Below, one piece after another: positions 1 to 12,324 of a stretch of DNA of 64,000 nt (position 1 is its first letter; every line of letters starts with the position of its first letter). Position numbers and translations under genes: made by a program. The stretch comes from Octopus sinensis. Lineage: Eukaryota. The stretch lies in NCBI RefSeq assembly GCF_006345805.1, contig NC_043021.1, positions 7,812,001 to 7,876,000 of the forward strand. Direction: 5' to 3'. The notes beneath the pieces were generated by a model that saw nothing but the letters and a program-made list of their open reading frames with translations, made no database searches and was not told where the DNA came from.

Positions 1-412
1 AAACAATGGACTTGCAGAAACTTTAACTGTTACTGCTGCTAATGAATATAGAAATACAATATATACTCAAGTAATAGTGGATCGCATGTAAAAGTTGACA
101 CCCAATTTTAGGCCAAAAAGTGGGAATTTTCCATAGACCCCTGTATAAAAGTCAACCCTAGTATCTCATGAACACCAGGACAACACTTGTGGGTCAAGTA
201 TCATGCTGTATGTAGAAATAACACTCTTACAAAATTGTGTGGCTACCTTACTGTAGCCAGCTCTATAGGTGGAATGCTTGGTGCTTATAATGGAATGTTA
301 GGTGCTGTAGTAAAACACCATTTAATAGCAAGCACTACACATCTGTTGATGGGTGCTACATCACCATTACTAAAATGTATGCACAGGATATGCTGCAAGC
401 CTACATATACCT

Positions 413-715
413 AAACACATGCGTCATACACTCATTGTTTACATGGTGAGAAACATGTTTCACAGACAGTACTATTGGTGAACACTAGCAAACACCACTG
501 TCTGAATTCCTACAAAGCTATGACTTTGGTAAGCCTAAAAACATAATATCTAATTAAACGCTAGATCAGTGGTTCCTATGCAACCTTTATATTTTCCTCA
601 TCTCCAAGTACAATAAACACATACGTCATATATTCGTCTTTTTACATGGTGAGAAATGTGTTTCACTGACTGTACTATTGGTGAACAACAGCGAACACCA
701 CTGCACATGACATCC
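413..715. repeat. Diverged direct duplication, about 100-bp homologous blocks, period about 202 bp
   Basis: aaacacat.cgtcata..tttacatggtgagaaa..gtactattggtgaaca..aacaccactg at 413-510 and 615-715. Confidence 0.75.
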
Positions 716-798
716 TGTAACTTCTTTTTAAAAGAGAAAGTGTAAATATTTATAAGAGCTATGAGGTCTTGTTTATGGGTTTTGTTATTTACTACTCT

Positions 799-1201
799 CT
801 TTTTACTCTTTTACTTGTTTCAGTTATTTGACTGCGGCCATGCTGGAGCACCGCCTTTAGTTGAGCAAATCGACCCCGGGACTTATTCTTTGTAAGCCCA
901 GTACTTATTCTATCGGTCTCTTTTGCCGAACCGCTAAGTGACGGGGACGTAAACACACCAGCATCGGCTGTCAAGCAATGCTAGGGGGACAAACACAGAC
1001 ACACAAACACACACATATATATATATATATATACATATATACGACAGGCTTCTTTCAGTTTCCGTCTACCAAATCCACTCACAAGGCTTTGGTCGGGCCG
1101 GGGCCATAGCAGAAGACACTTGCCCAAGATGCCACGCAGTGGGACTGAACCCGGAACCATGTGGTTGGTTAGCAAGTTACTTACCACACAGCCACTCCTA
1201 C
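799..1201 (-). mobile_element. SINE family A (tRNA-like head, internal TA/CA microsatellite, gagtaaaa tail), full length
   Basis: Head ggagtggctgtgtggtaag..ggttccgggttcagtcccactgcgtggc with A/B-box-like motifs; more than 20 near-identical copies in the window. Confidence 0.9.
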
Positions 1202-1412
1202 GTGTGTTTTGATGCATAGAATTGGTAATATTACTGTAGTTCATTGTGTTTTTGTTTTTATTCACTTAGAGATCAGTTGGGCTTCTGCTGCTGATACAGT
1301 ACTTAGGATTCTAGCTTGAATTTCAGCCCCTCAAAAGTAGTATCCATGTGATAGTCAACCCCATAAATTTAACCTTAAATAGTCTAAAGAATTCGACTTT
1401 TACATGAGTATA

Positions 1413-1733
1413 ATTATTTATTTATGCGCCCTTTTCAAGTCTATCCAGGCTCATGGGCCCAGTTTCCCAGTTTCTGTGGCATATATGCCTCTCCCAACCC
1501 CAGCTGGATGGGACGGCAGTCCATCGCAGCGTTACCCAAGAAACAAGAAGGAAAAGTGAGAGAAAGTTGGGTTGAAAGAGTACAACAGGGGTCACCACCA
1601 CCCCCTGCTGGAGCCTCGTGGAGCTTTAGGTGTTTTCACTCAATAAACACACAACGCTCGGTCTGGGATTCGAAACCGCACTCCTCCGATCGCGAGTCCG
1701 CTACCCTAACCATTGGGCCATTGCGCCTCCACT
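1413..1733 (-). mobile_element. SINE family C (tRNA-Arg-like head gtggaggcgcaatggcccagtggttagg), tail type C3
   Basis: TSD atgagtata (1404-1412, 1734-1742); homologous to 4610-4860 and 32700-32810. Confidence 0.85.
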
Positions 1734-2607
1734 ATGAGTATATATGGTAACTGAAAATAAATGAAAATGATTTCTTACTTTGATACATTATTACATCTTT
1801 ATAGAGCAATGAAATGAGGTTGTGAGAGATTTATTCCTTGCTGAAGAGTTTTAATGGTATAAGTAAATTGTATTATCTTCAAATGAGAATCTAATTGGAC
1901 TCACAAAATTCAAACTTTCCAATAGAAATAAATTGAAGCTGTTTTCCATCACTTATGCTGCTAATGCCTTTAGGAAGGACAATAATTACATCAATTTAGT
2001 ATTATAGACAAAAAAGATAAAACTGCTGAAAGTAGGTCATTTCAGAGAGTTCTCAGAAACAGTTGCTTGGTTTTGTCCATCCTGCCATTTTTGTTTTCAA
2101 CTCATAGTGTTGTCAGTGATGTTTAGCCCTAGGTCAGCTTATGATCTGATCCAGCAGAACTATGATCAAAGATATTCCATTTTCAACCAGCCTGTCTTTT
2201 GTTCAAACTTAGTGTATTTACGATCACATTAAGCAATGACCCCTTCCGTTTTAAAGATGTTAGGATGTGATTTGAGGTTGATTTGGCTGTTATTTCTAAC
2301 ACTGGCTCACTTTCTCAATACATTTACATTGCTGGTGAATGAGAAAAGAATATAACCAGGCAGCAGAATTAGTAAAGGGGTGAACAAAATTTTTCCCCTT
2401 TCATTTCTCCAGGAGTCAGTCAATAAAATAAATGATTGAATCAACCAACCCTCTCACTACACATCTGTGACCTTCTTCCTATGTCGGATATAATTATTTA
2501 AATTGGCAGAATCATTGAGTGCTAAGCAAAATCATTTATAGTAAGGATAGATGGTTGGCAAAATTGTTAGTCTTGCACAAAATGCTTGGCAATATTTGTT
2601 CCAACTA

Positions 2608-2800
2608 AGGTGGCAAGCTGGCAAAATCGTTAGCAGTATTTTGTCAGTCACTAAGTTCTGAGTTCAAATTCCAACGAGGTCAACTTTGCCTTTCACCCTT
2701 TTTGGAGTTGATAAACTAAGTACTGTCAAGTACTGGGATCGATGTGATTGATTGTCCCCTTACCCACAAAAATCGAGGCCTTGTGCTTATAGTAGAAAGG
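2608..2800 (+). mobile_element. SINE family B, older tail type B2, degenerate
   Basis: ggtggcaagctggcaaaatcgttagc head, gttcaaattcc B box, gtcaactttgcctttca core. Confidence 0.7.
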
Positions 2801-3067
2801 AATATTTGTTCCAACTCTTTACATTCTGAGTTCAAATCCCACCAACATTAACTTTGACTTCCATTTTTTTTAAGATCAATAAAATAAAATACCAGTCAAG
2901 TAATGCAGTCAAGCACAACTGACTAATCTCTTCACTGCAAATTTTCTTGCTTACTACCTACAAGAGAAACAATTATTAGCTCTGCCTTTGCTAAGACGGA
3001 GGTATTGTTTTCAGTTGTGTTTGTTTGCTTGACTGTGGACAAGATATCTCAAGAACCACTGGATGGA

Positions 3068-3200
3068 TTCTTGAGATACCTAGCTCAGATACCAGGAAAT
3101 TAAAAAAATAGTGCTCATGGGAACTGCCCATATCCTACGTAAAATACTGTCTATGTAATCTCAAATTTTAACACAAACATAATTTTCTTATGTTTTTGCC
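3068..3200 (+). mobile_element. 3' fragment of a Dong/R4-like non-LTR retrotransposon
   Basis: Translates, with a break, as FLRYLAQIPG..KIVLMGTAHILRKILSM* (stop 3156-3158), resembling the QKxxLLGTAxILR C-terminus of R4-clade elements. Confidence 0.55.
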
Positions 3201-3389
3201 AGTTTGTTTTCTTATTGCGATTAATGCAAAGTAATTAATGCAAAGTAATTAGATTGCTTTAAAAAAAGAAGTTTGCATCATACAACCAGTGGCAGTATCA
3301 AAAGGGTTTATGTCATAGAACAAGGAGCAGACCCAGGCATGTTGGTATCAAAAGGGGGAATAAGACAACAAATATGTGTTTGTTACTTT

Positions 3390-3724
3390 TCATGGCTCAG
3401 TGGTTAGAGCGTCGAGCTTATGATTGTGAGGTTGTGAGCTCGAATCCCGGACCGGGCTGCGTGTTGTGTTCTCGAGCAAGGCACTTTATTTCATGTTGCT
3501 CCAGTTCACTCAGCTGTAGAAATGAGTTGCGACGTCACTGGTGCCAAGCTGTATCGGCCCCTTTGTCTTTCCCTTGGATAACACTGGTGGCGTGGAGAGG
3601 GGAGGCTGGTATGCATGGGCGACTGCTGGCCTTCCATCAAACAACCTTGCCCGGACTTGTGTCTAGGAGGGTAACTTTCTAGGTGCAATCCCATGGTCAT
3701 TCATGACCGAAGGGGGTCTTTACC
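3390..3724 (+). mobile_element. SINE family G (tRNA head plus CORE-like segment)
   Basis: ggctcagtggttagagcg..ctcgaatccc head, then gagcaaggcactttatttca..ctcagctgtagaaatgag; second copy at 54160-54490 on minus. Confidence 0.8.
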
Positions 3725-4609
3725 TTACTTTTATCAGCAATTTGAAGAAGTTAATAAATTTTGAATTTTGGTCTTGAATAAGGAATGGAGGAATATTATG
3801 CACACATCCCACCCACCTCAATGGTATACTGATGGTTTGTGTCTGTAGATATTATCAGTCTTTTACTTTATATTACCAGCCTTATGCTTCATGATAATAT
3901 CTCGAACCAATCCATAAATGAAGAAAAAAATAATGAGAAAAGAGATAAGAGTATAAAAAAGAGATATACACCAACTTCAGATAGAGATATAAAAACATAC
4001 ACACACAATGGTGAGAGATTAACAGAAAAGAAGTGGTTAAACTACTTGACTAACTTGTTTACATTCCACTGTTTGTTGTTTTTGTTGTTGTTGTTGTTTT
4101 TGTTTTTAAGCAAAATACTAAATCTGGTTATCTGAGACAATTGTTGTTTGAAACAAACAGACTTTGAAAAGCTGATATTGTTGGATCAATAAAGTTGGTA
4201 AGATTTATAAAATTAAAAATGTCATAATTGGATTGTTAGATAAACTGTAAAGCTCCTTGTGACAGTTATAAAATATTTACTGCTATTATCTTCAATACTT
4301 TCCCGAAAATTGCAATTCTAAGCAATGTTTCCAACAAAGGAAATTGAAAATTATTCGATGGATCTAAAGGAGAGTTCAGTTGTACTTTTGCACAGATACA
4401 AATCCTGTATTGATGTAATAGTTGCTGCAGTTCAGCCCTGAGTTAGCACTGCTCCAGCAGACCTATCATCAAAGATATTTCAGTTGTGATCATCCTATTT
4501 TCTTACCAGACATAGTGTTTCTAGGACTACATTGTTCAATGTGTCTATTATTTTAAGATGGTAAGGTGGGATTTGAAGCTGATTTAGCTGCTGTTTCTAG
4601 CAAGTCGTG

Positions 4610-4860
4610 GAGGCGCAATGCGGTCAGAGGATCCCAGACTGGGCATTGTGTGTGTTTATTGAGTGAAAACACCTAAAAGCTCCACGAGGCTCTGGCAGGG
4701 GGTGGTGGCAACCCGTTGTACTCTTTTGCCACAACTTTCTCTCACCCTCTCTTCCTGTTTCTTGAGTAATGCTGCAATGGACTGGCATCCCGTCCAGCTG
4801 GGGGGAACACATACGCCACAGAAACTGGGAAACCGGGCCCATAGGCTTGGAAAGGGCAAC
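4610..4860 (+). mobile_element. SINE family C, tail C3, internally deleted head
   Basis: Homology to 1413-1733. Confidence 0.8.
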
Positions 4861-5309
4861 GTTTATTGTTTTTCTAGCAAGTCGAGTGATGCATGAAGCT
4901 CCCTTGTTTAGAGTTGTTGTTTTTCATCACTCAATTAGAAGAAAGGTCATTGTCCGTATATTTCTTCAGGGTTTATGAAACTGATGAGAGAAAGGCAGAA
5001 AGCTATCCTCAAAGAGGAAACCTGATCTGAATGCATGCGACAGAGTGTACTCCTCTGTTAAAGGTGCATAAGGACCAGGGGATGGTGTTAAAGGGGACAA
5101 AGTCTACCACAAATGTTGGCCATGCTGATATTTGAACTTAGTACACAAATAACTAGACTAGTGTAAGCAACCTTCCACCAATCCATCACTCTAGACTGGT
5201 ACTTTATTGTTTCTTGGCCCCAGAAGGATGAAAGGCTAAGTTGATCTCTGTGAAAGTTGAAATCAGAAAGCAAAGGGCCAGTATAAATGCAATAAGCATT
5301 ATACCCAAT

Positions 5310-5700
5310 TAAACTGGAAGGAAGTAATGGAAGAGCGAGACCAGACCAGGAAGATGTGGGATGAAGTATTGAAGGCTGATCTCAAAATGCTGAGCTTTAC
5401 AAAGGAGGCTGAACTCAAGAAGACCCAAACCCGCCCACCACAACAGAATCGAGAGCTAAAAACCAAGGTGCCATGTAAAAAGCATTAGTGTGAGTGTTGG
5501 TGCTATGTAGAAAGCACCCAGTACACTCTGTAAAGTGGTTGGTGTTAGGAAGGGCATCCAGCTGTAGAAACCAAGCCAAAACTGACTATGGAACCTGGTG
5601 CAGCCCCTGGCCTTGCCAGTTCTTGTCAGACCATCCAGCCCATACCAGCATGGGAAATGGCCATTAGATGTCGTTATTGATTATGATGATGATGTTCTAA
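5310..5700 (+). mobile_element. RTE LINE 3' fragment (ORF C-terminus remnant plus 3' UTR), degenerate
   Basis: Decayed RGRPRKxWDEVLKxDLKML coding followed by the aggaagggcatccagctgtagaaac UTR and a gat tail. Confidence 0.7.
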
Positions 5701-5984
5701 CAATTCTGCCAATTCACTGCTTAGTTATGTATTCAATTTAATTTTAAATTACAATTTGTGAAAAATGACACCATTGATTACAGGTTTCTAGTGAGTTAAT
5801 TGCATTTCAAGTGTGAAAAAGTAGCATTTGTATCTAAGTAATCTTCACTCAAAGAGTTCTGATTTTTCACCATTGCATAGGTTCTGTGCTAATATAAGAT
5901 GCTAAGTATAATGGTAAAGTATTAGGGGAAGTCAAAAATAATCCACACTTTCATCAAAGTTTCTTTAGGTTGGTCACACTGCCT

Positions 5985-6120
5985 TCATCATCATCATCAT
6001 CATCATTTAGCATCCGCTTTCCATGGTAGCATCAGGCCCAGTCTGATCTGGCAGTGTTTCTACGGCTGGATGCCCTTCCTAACGCCAACCACTCTGTGAG
6101 TGTAGTGGGTGCTTTGCATA
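5985..6120 (-). mobile_element. RTE 3' UTR fragment
   Basis: (cat)n tail then gcatccgctttccatg..ggatgcccttcctaacgccaacc. Confidence 0.8.
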
Positions 6121-6194
6121 CTAAAATGTGGTACTTTTGTGGTTACATAACAAGGTTTGACCTTGATCATCCAAGTTTTGTTTCTTGTGTTGCA

Positions 6195-6530
6195 GAGCAA
6201 ACATGGTCACTCTGCTCACAGTTTGCGCCAAGGAAGAACAGAGATCAATGTCCAATTTGCTTCATTTGAAGGTGTGTCAGATGCTGAAATTCATTGCAGG
6301 CTTTCAATACAATATGGGGGCAGCACTCTACTGTGTAGAAGTGTCTCTGAGTGGATTGAGAAGTTTAAAAATGGCTGGACAAACATGATGGACACGGCAG
6401 AAGCAGGATGCCCATCAACCTCCACCCCTGATGTAAACATTCAACAAACTTGAGAGATGGTTCTGGCAAACTGACAAGTGACCATCAATGAGGTGATATG
6501 TTTGCTCCAAATCAGTCATGGTTCTGGTCA
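6195..6530 (+). mobile_element. Decayed mariner transposase N-terminal (HTH) fragment
   Basis: ORF 6157..6453: EIHCRLSIQYGGSTL..SVSEWIEKFKNGWTNMMD..AGCPSTST matches the mariner pattern EIHxRL..YG..V..W..FKxGR.S..D..RSGRP.T; in-frame stops follow. Confidence 0.8.
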
Positions 6531-7084
6531 GTGTAAATCTCCACCCATGCACAGCAACTGCACTCACCTACACAAAGCATGGGAACACATGTTGTTGGCA
6601 CACCCTCAGGCTAGTTGAATTCTGTCGAACTATCCAACCCATGCCAGTATGGAAAACGGACAGTAAGTGTTGATGATGAAGATGATGATGATGTCTTCCC
6701 ATTCTCTCACTGCCATTCTTTCTACTCATGCTCCTCCCTTTTTAACTCCTGCCTCATCCGTTTCTGTGTTTCCTGTCTGCTTTATTACATATATCACTCA
6801 CTCTCTGCTTTATCACATATAGCGGCTTCCATTAGGGGAAAAAAGCAGCCAATTGTAAAAGACAAAAAAAAAGAAAAAGAAGAAATAAACCAATACTGAT
6901 TTGGAGCCATATGCTCACTGCAGCATCTGCAATATCCTGCCCCTTGTTATATACACATGACCAGGATATACACACCAGCATTCAGTTACACACATTCACT
7001 TATGCCTGCCTACAGTGGTAGATTTTCCGTTAAATATTCTCAGATGACATAAAAATCACTCGTTTAAAAACCATGGGTTAGACA

Positions 7085-7615
<531 letters not shown>

Positions 7616-7640
7616 ATATATAAACACACACACACACACA

Positions 7641-7717
7641 TGCCTTTATTAAAGCTGCAGAATTATCACGAGAATGTTACTCAGAGTTTCCCGTTCCTAT
7701 TCATCGGACAGTTGTGA
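7641..7717 (-). ncRNA. Degenerate minimal hammerhead-like motif (Penelope pLTR-like fragment)
   Basis: Minus strand: tcacaactgt-CCGATGA-ataggaacgg-GAAA-ctctgag-TA-acattctcgtga; flank homologous to 9779-9972; stem II decayed. Confidence 0.45.
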
Positions 7718-7744
7718 TGAAACACATATATATATATCATCATA

Positions 7745-7976
7745 GGGCGGCGAGCTGGCAGAAACGTTAGCACGCCGGGCGAAATGCTTAGCCGTATTTC
7801 GTCTGCCGTTAAGTGTTCTGGGTTCAAAATCCGCCGAGGTCGACTTTGCCTTTCATCCTTTCGGGGTCGATAAATTAAGTACCAGTTACGCACTGGGGTC
7901 GATGTAATCGACTTAATCCCTTTGTCTGTCCTTGTTCGTCCCTTCTATGTTTAGCCCCTTGTGGGCAGTAAAGAAA
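7745..7976 (+). mobile_element. SINE family B, tail B1, monomer
   Basis: ggcggcgagctggcagaaacgttagc head to ccttgtgggcagtaaagaaat tail. Confidence 0.9.
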
Positions 7977-7984
7977 TATATATA

Positions 7985-9200
7985 TATCATCATAATCATC
8001 TGCTTACCATGCTGGCATGGGTTGGACAGTTTGACTGAGGACTGGCAAGCCAGGAGGCTGCACCAGTCTCCAATCTGATCTGGCAAGGTTTCTACAGCTG
8101 GATGCCCTTCCTAACTTCAACCACTCTGAGTGTAGTGGATGCTTTTTGTGTCCACTGGCATGGGAGCCAGTCAGGTGGCACTGGCATCGACCACGCTTTT
8201 ATGGTGCATTTTATGTGCCACTGGCATCAACCACACTTGAATGGTCCTTTTATGCCACCAGCATGGGTGCCAGAGAGGTGGTGCTGCATCAGCCACGACA
8301 ATGATTTCACTTGACTCAACAGGTTTTCTCAGACACAACATATTACCCAATTATTGAAGGATACTCTAAATGGGCTGGTAATGCGACACTAGCATAGGCC
8401 ATGGCTATGGTCTCACTTGGCTTGCCGGGTCTTCTCAAGCACAGCATATCTCCAAAGGTCTTGAATGGTGCTTTTTATGTGCCACCGGCATGGGACCAGT
8501 CAGGCGGCACTGGCATTGACCATGTGGGCCTAACATTCGAAGGTCGTGTTTTACCACCTCATTCCAGATCTTTCTAGGCCTACCTCTTCCACAGGTTCCC
8601 TCCACTGTCAGAGTGTGACACTTTTCACACAGCTGTCCACATCCATAATGTATGACCATACCAGTGCAGTCATCTCTCTTGCACACCACATCTGATGCTT
8701 CTTATGTCCAACTTTTCTCTCAGGGTGCTTACATTCAGTTGTGCATGCACACTGATATTACACATCCAGAGGAGCATACTAGCTTCATTTCTTGCAAGCT
8801 TATGCATGTCCTCATCAGTCGCAGCCCATGTTTCACTGCCATGTAGCATGGCTGTTCACACACAAACATCAAACAGTCTACCATTCACTCTGAGAGAGGC
8901 CCTTTGTTACCAGTAGAAGTAGGAGCTCTCTGAACTTTGCCCAGGCTATTCTTATTCTAGCAGCTATGCTCTCAGAGCATCCACCCCTGCTACTGATTTG
9001 GTCACCTAGGTAACAGAAGCTATCAACTATTTCTAATTTTCCCCCCTGGCATGTAACGGAAGCCATTTTCTGCACATATTCAGTGTTTATTGACCCAGTG
9101 CATCTGCCACATACAAAAACTATCTTCCCAGTTAGCCTTCCTTTGATATTGCTGCACCTCTTATGTGTCCATACTTTCACCAGGTACATCTTATGGAGTT
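7985..9200 (-). mobile_element. 5'-truncated RTE-clade LINE: RT C-terminal region plus 3' UTR, frameshifted
   Basis: ORF 8878..9189 LEIVDSFCYLGDQISSRGGCSESIAARIRIAWAKFREL and ORF 8435..8689 VEGTCGRGRPRKIWNEVVKHDLRML are RTE signatures. Contiguity with the frequent gat-tailed repeat identifies that repeat as this LINE's 3' UTR. Confidence 0.9.
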
Positions 9201-9642
9201 TCTAGCTATGCCTTTTCTATGTATCCACACACACACATATATACTTATGCATCACTGAAGAAGTACAGATGGCAAATTAATCTATTTTCCACATTGATAC
9301 AGAAACTTGAGTCTGAGGGTAACTACAAAAATATTTTTTTTATTTTAATTCTCTTATTTGTGGTTTGGGCTTTATCTGCCCTTTCTAGCATGTAAGATGT
9401 CCTGTCAAAGATCGCCTCTGTCGTGTATAAATACGTAAATTATATACTATTATATATGTATCTATTCATATATATAATAACAAAGGGTAAAATTAATTAA
9501 TTAAGAAGTAATCAATAATTTCACCAAGTAGAATTCGGTCTGAAAAAGGACCATTTCACGGTAAACTTAAGTAATACTGGCTGCTATTTCTAAACTTCAG
9601 TGTGTGGTGAAGCAAATCTTTGCTGAACCCTTTTATTAGTAT

Positions 9643-9678
<36 letters not shown>

Positions 9679-9778
9679 CTATTATACATGCATCTATTCA
9701 TATATATATATACCGGAGTTAACACATAACTGTGAAACAAGGTGGAAAAAAGAGTACTCAAATACCAGTGGTAGAGTA

Positions 9779-9968
9779 ATATGCTTTATTTAAAGCAGCA
9801 GAAAATTCAACAAAACCTGTTACTCTGAGTTTCACGTTGCTGTTCGTCGGACAGTTTTTGCTAGAAAAACACTATTTAACACTATTCTAGCAAAAACTGT
9901 CCAACGAACGGCAACGTGAAACTCAGAGCAACAGGTTTTGTTGAATTTTCTGCTGCTTTAAATAAAGC

Positions 9969-9972
<4 letters not shown>
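9779..9972. repeat. 88-bp-arm inverted repeat, each arm carrying a minimal type I hammerhead-like motif (Penelope pLTR-like)
   Basis: Arms 9779-9866 and 9885-9972 with an 18-nt spacer. Minus motif 9811-9860: CAAAAACTGT-CCGACGA-ACAgcaaCGT-GAAA-CTCAGAG-TA-ACAGGTTTTG; plus motif 9891-9940. Confidence 0.85.
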
Positions 9973-10046
<74 letters not shown>

Positions 10047-10085
10047 ACACACACACACACATACATACACATATATATATATATC
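9968..10085. repeat. (TA)n/(CA)n microsatellite
   Basis: Directly visible. Confidence 0.95.
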
Positions 10086-10327
10086 CACAGACACACATGC
10101 AGACGTGGGCAATGTGAATCCCCACCCCCAGCATGCCAACTGCACTCACCTGCACAAAACATGGTAACACATGTTGTTGGCACACTTTTGTACAGTCAAA
10201 ACAAGTGTAGCAGCATCTGTGGATCAAGTAGCACAAACTATGGAAGTTTGTATAAACATTAGAGAAACAAACACTAAACTAGACTAAACCAATGATGATG
10301 ATAATCACATTGACAATTAGTAAAAGT

Positions 10328-10732
10328 AATACTCTTTTACTCTTTTACTTGTTTCAGTCATTTGACTGCGGCCATGCTGGAGCACCGCCTTTAATCGAGC
10401 AACTCGACCCCCGGAATTTATTCTTTTGTAAGCCCAGTACTTATTCTATCGGTCTCTTTTGCCGAACTGCTAAGTAACGGGGATATAAACACACCAGCAT
10501 CAGTTATCAAGCAATGCTAGGGGGACAAACACAGAGACACAAACACACACACGCATATATATATACATATATACGACGGGCTTCTTTCAGTTTCCGTCTA
10601 CCAAATCCACTCACAAGGCTTTGGTCGGCTCGAGGCTATAACAGAAGACACTTGCCCAAGGTGTCATGCAGTGGGACTGAACCCGGAACCAAGTGGTTGG
10701 TAAAACAAGCTACTTACCACACAGCCACTCCT
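10328..10732 (-). mobile_element. SINE family A, full length
   Basis: Near-identical to 799-1201. Confidence 0.9.
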
Positions 10733-10824
10733 TCTACCGAATCGCTAATAATTAGCACTAATGCTAATTATTATTATTATTATATTATTATTATTATAAA
10801 TAATCATTTTTTTTTTCTATAAAT

Positions 10825-11258
10825 AGGCACAAGGCATGAAATAGACAAGTTAATTACATTGATCCCCCCAGTACTCAAATGGTATTTATTTCACTGACCC
10901 CCAAAAGGATGAAAGGTAAAGTCGACCTCGGTGGAATTTGAACTCAGAATGTAAAGGCAGATGAAATGCCGATAAGCATTTCATCTGGTGTACTAACAAT
11001 TCTACCAGCTCACTGCCTTAATAATAATAATAAATCATAATGGTTTCAAATTTTGCCATAAGGGCAGCAGCAATTACGGGGAGGAAATGAGTCGATTACA
11101 TCGACCCCCAGTATTCAACTGGTACTTATTTTATCAACCCCAAAAAGATAAAAAGCAAAGTTGACCTCGGTGGAATTTGAATTCAGAACGTAGCAACAGG
11201 TGAAATACTGCTAAGCATTTTGTCCATCGTACTAACTATTTTGTCAGCTTGCTGCCTT
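10825..11258 (-). mobile_element. Two adjacent older SINE B2 copies (10825-11018, 11040-11258)
   Basis: Both show ggatgaaagg.aaagtcgacctcggtggaatttgaa.tcagaa and end in the reverse-complemented head ccagctc.ctgcctt. Confidence 0.8.
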
Positions 11259-11259
11259 C

Positions 11260-11296
<37 letters not shown>

Positions 11297-11784
11297 CAAC
11301 AACAGCAGCAGAAACAGCAACAACAACAACAACAATGGCCACTGACAAATCAGGTCATCTTTCTTTATCAGAGAAGGAAGCAGTGTCAAATAATTCGCTG
11401 CAACATCTGTTAGTGTTTAAATTTCTATCTGTAAAGTTCAGTATACTTTACAAGTACTCAACTGCCAAAATATTCACATCTTTCACTCTCTCTCTCTCTC
11501 TCTCTCTCTCCCACTATCTAACAATCTATTTATCTTTCTTTCTTTCTTTCTAAACAGACATTGAAGTTCAGGTATGGCTGCCTGGTTAAAAAAGTTCACT
11601 TTGAAACCACAAGGTTTTGGGTTTCTTCCAGCTGCATACCACCAAAGGCAAGTGTCTTCTACTTGAACTTCCAGAGTACACCTTATGAGTGTAGCTGGTT
11701 GATGGCAACTGTACAAAGTCTCATCATCATCATCATCATCATCATCATCACCATTTTAACCTCCTCTTCTTCATGCTTGCACGG

Positions 11785-12078
11785 AAGCCTAGTACTTATT
11801 CTATCAGTCTCTTCTACCGAATCGCTAAGTTACAGGGATGCAAACACACCAACATTGGGTGTCAAGTGATGGTGGGGGGGGGGTTACAAACACAGACACA
11901 CAAACATATACGTATATATACATATATGACAAGCTTCTTTCAGTTTCCATATACCAAATCCACTCACAAGGCTTTGGTCAGCCCAAGGCTATAGGAGCTG
12001 ACACTTGCCCAAGGTGCCATGCAGTGGGATTGAACCCAGGACTATGTGGTTGGTAAGCAAGCTACTTATCACACGGCC
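11785..12078 (-). mobile_element. SINE family A, partial
   Basis: Homology to A body and head. Confidence 0.8.
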
Positions 12079-12079
12079 A

Positions 12080-12246
12080 AATTAATCTTGCATTATCTTG
12101 TAACTTTAAGATTTCAAGGATGTGATTGTTTAGTTTTAGAAAGACATTGTAGGGTAGGTTTGAGAAGACAGAACCAGTCAGTTTGAACATAAAACATATA
12201 GAATATTTGGTCCAGGTAAGGTTGGTTTAAATGCTAAAAGGGTTAA
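12080..12246. mobile_element. Truncated TTAA MITE (same family as 37780-38001)
   Basis: Ends aatgctaaaagggTTAA; internal homology to 37850-38001. Confidence 0.7.
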
Positions 12247-12324
12247 ATGTCCTTGTCAAGTCTTACCAAACCATTTGCCTTTTCATTTCTGTTTTAATTT
12301 GTATCTAATATGTATGTTCATAGG

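Larger units (their letters stand above)
57..1747. mobile_element. Non-autonomous Tc1/mariner-superfamily (pogo/Tc2-like) element with two nested SINEs
   Basis: Left end incl. TA: tacaatatatactcaagtaatagtgg (55-80). Right end rebuilt across the SINE at 1413-1733 reads, reverse-complemented, taccatatatactcatgtaaaagtcg: 22/26 identity, TA at both ends. Confidence 0.55.

Noticed and set aside
1905-1967. Possible minus-strand exon (GISSISDGKQLQFISIGKFEF) with gtgagt donor
   Set aside because: Open only if entered in phase 1, whereas the 17673 exon ends in phase 0 (phase 0 hits a stop at codon 5); weak AAG acceptor; no homology.
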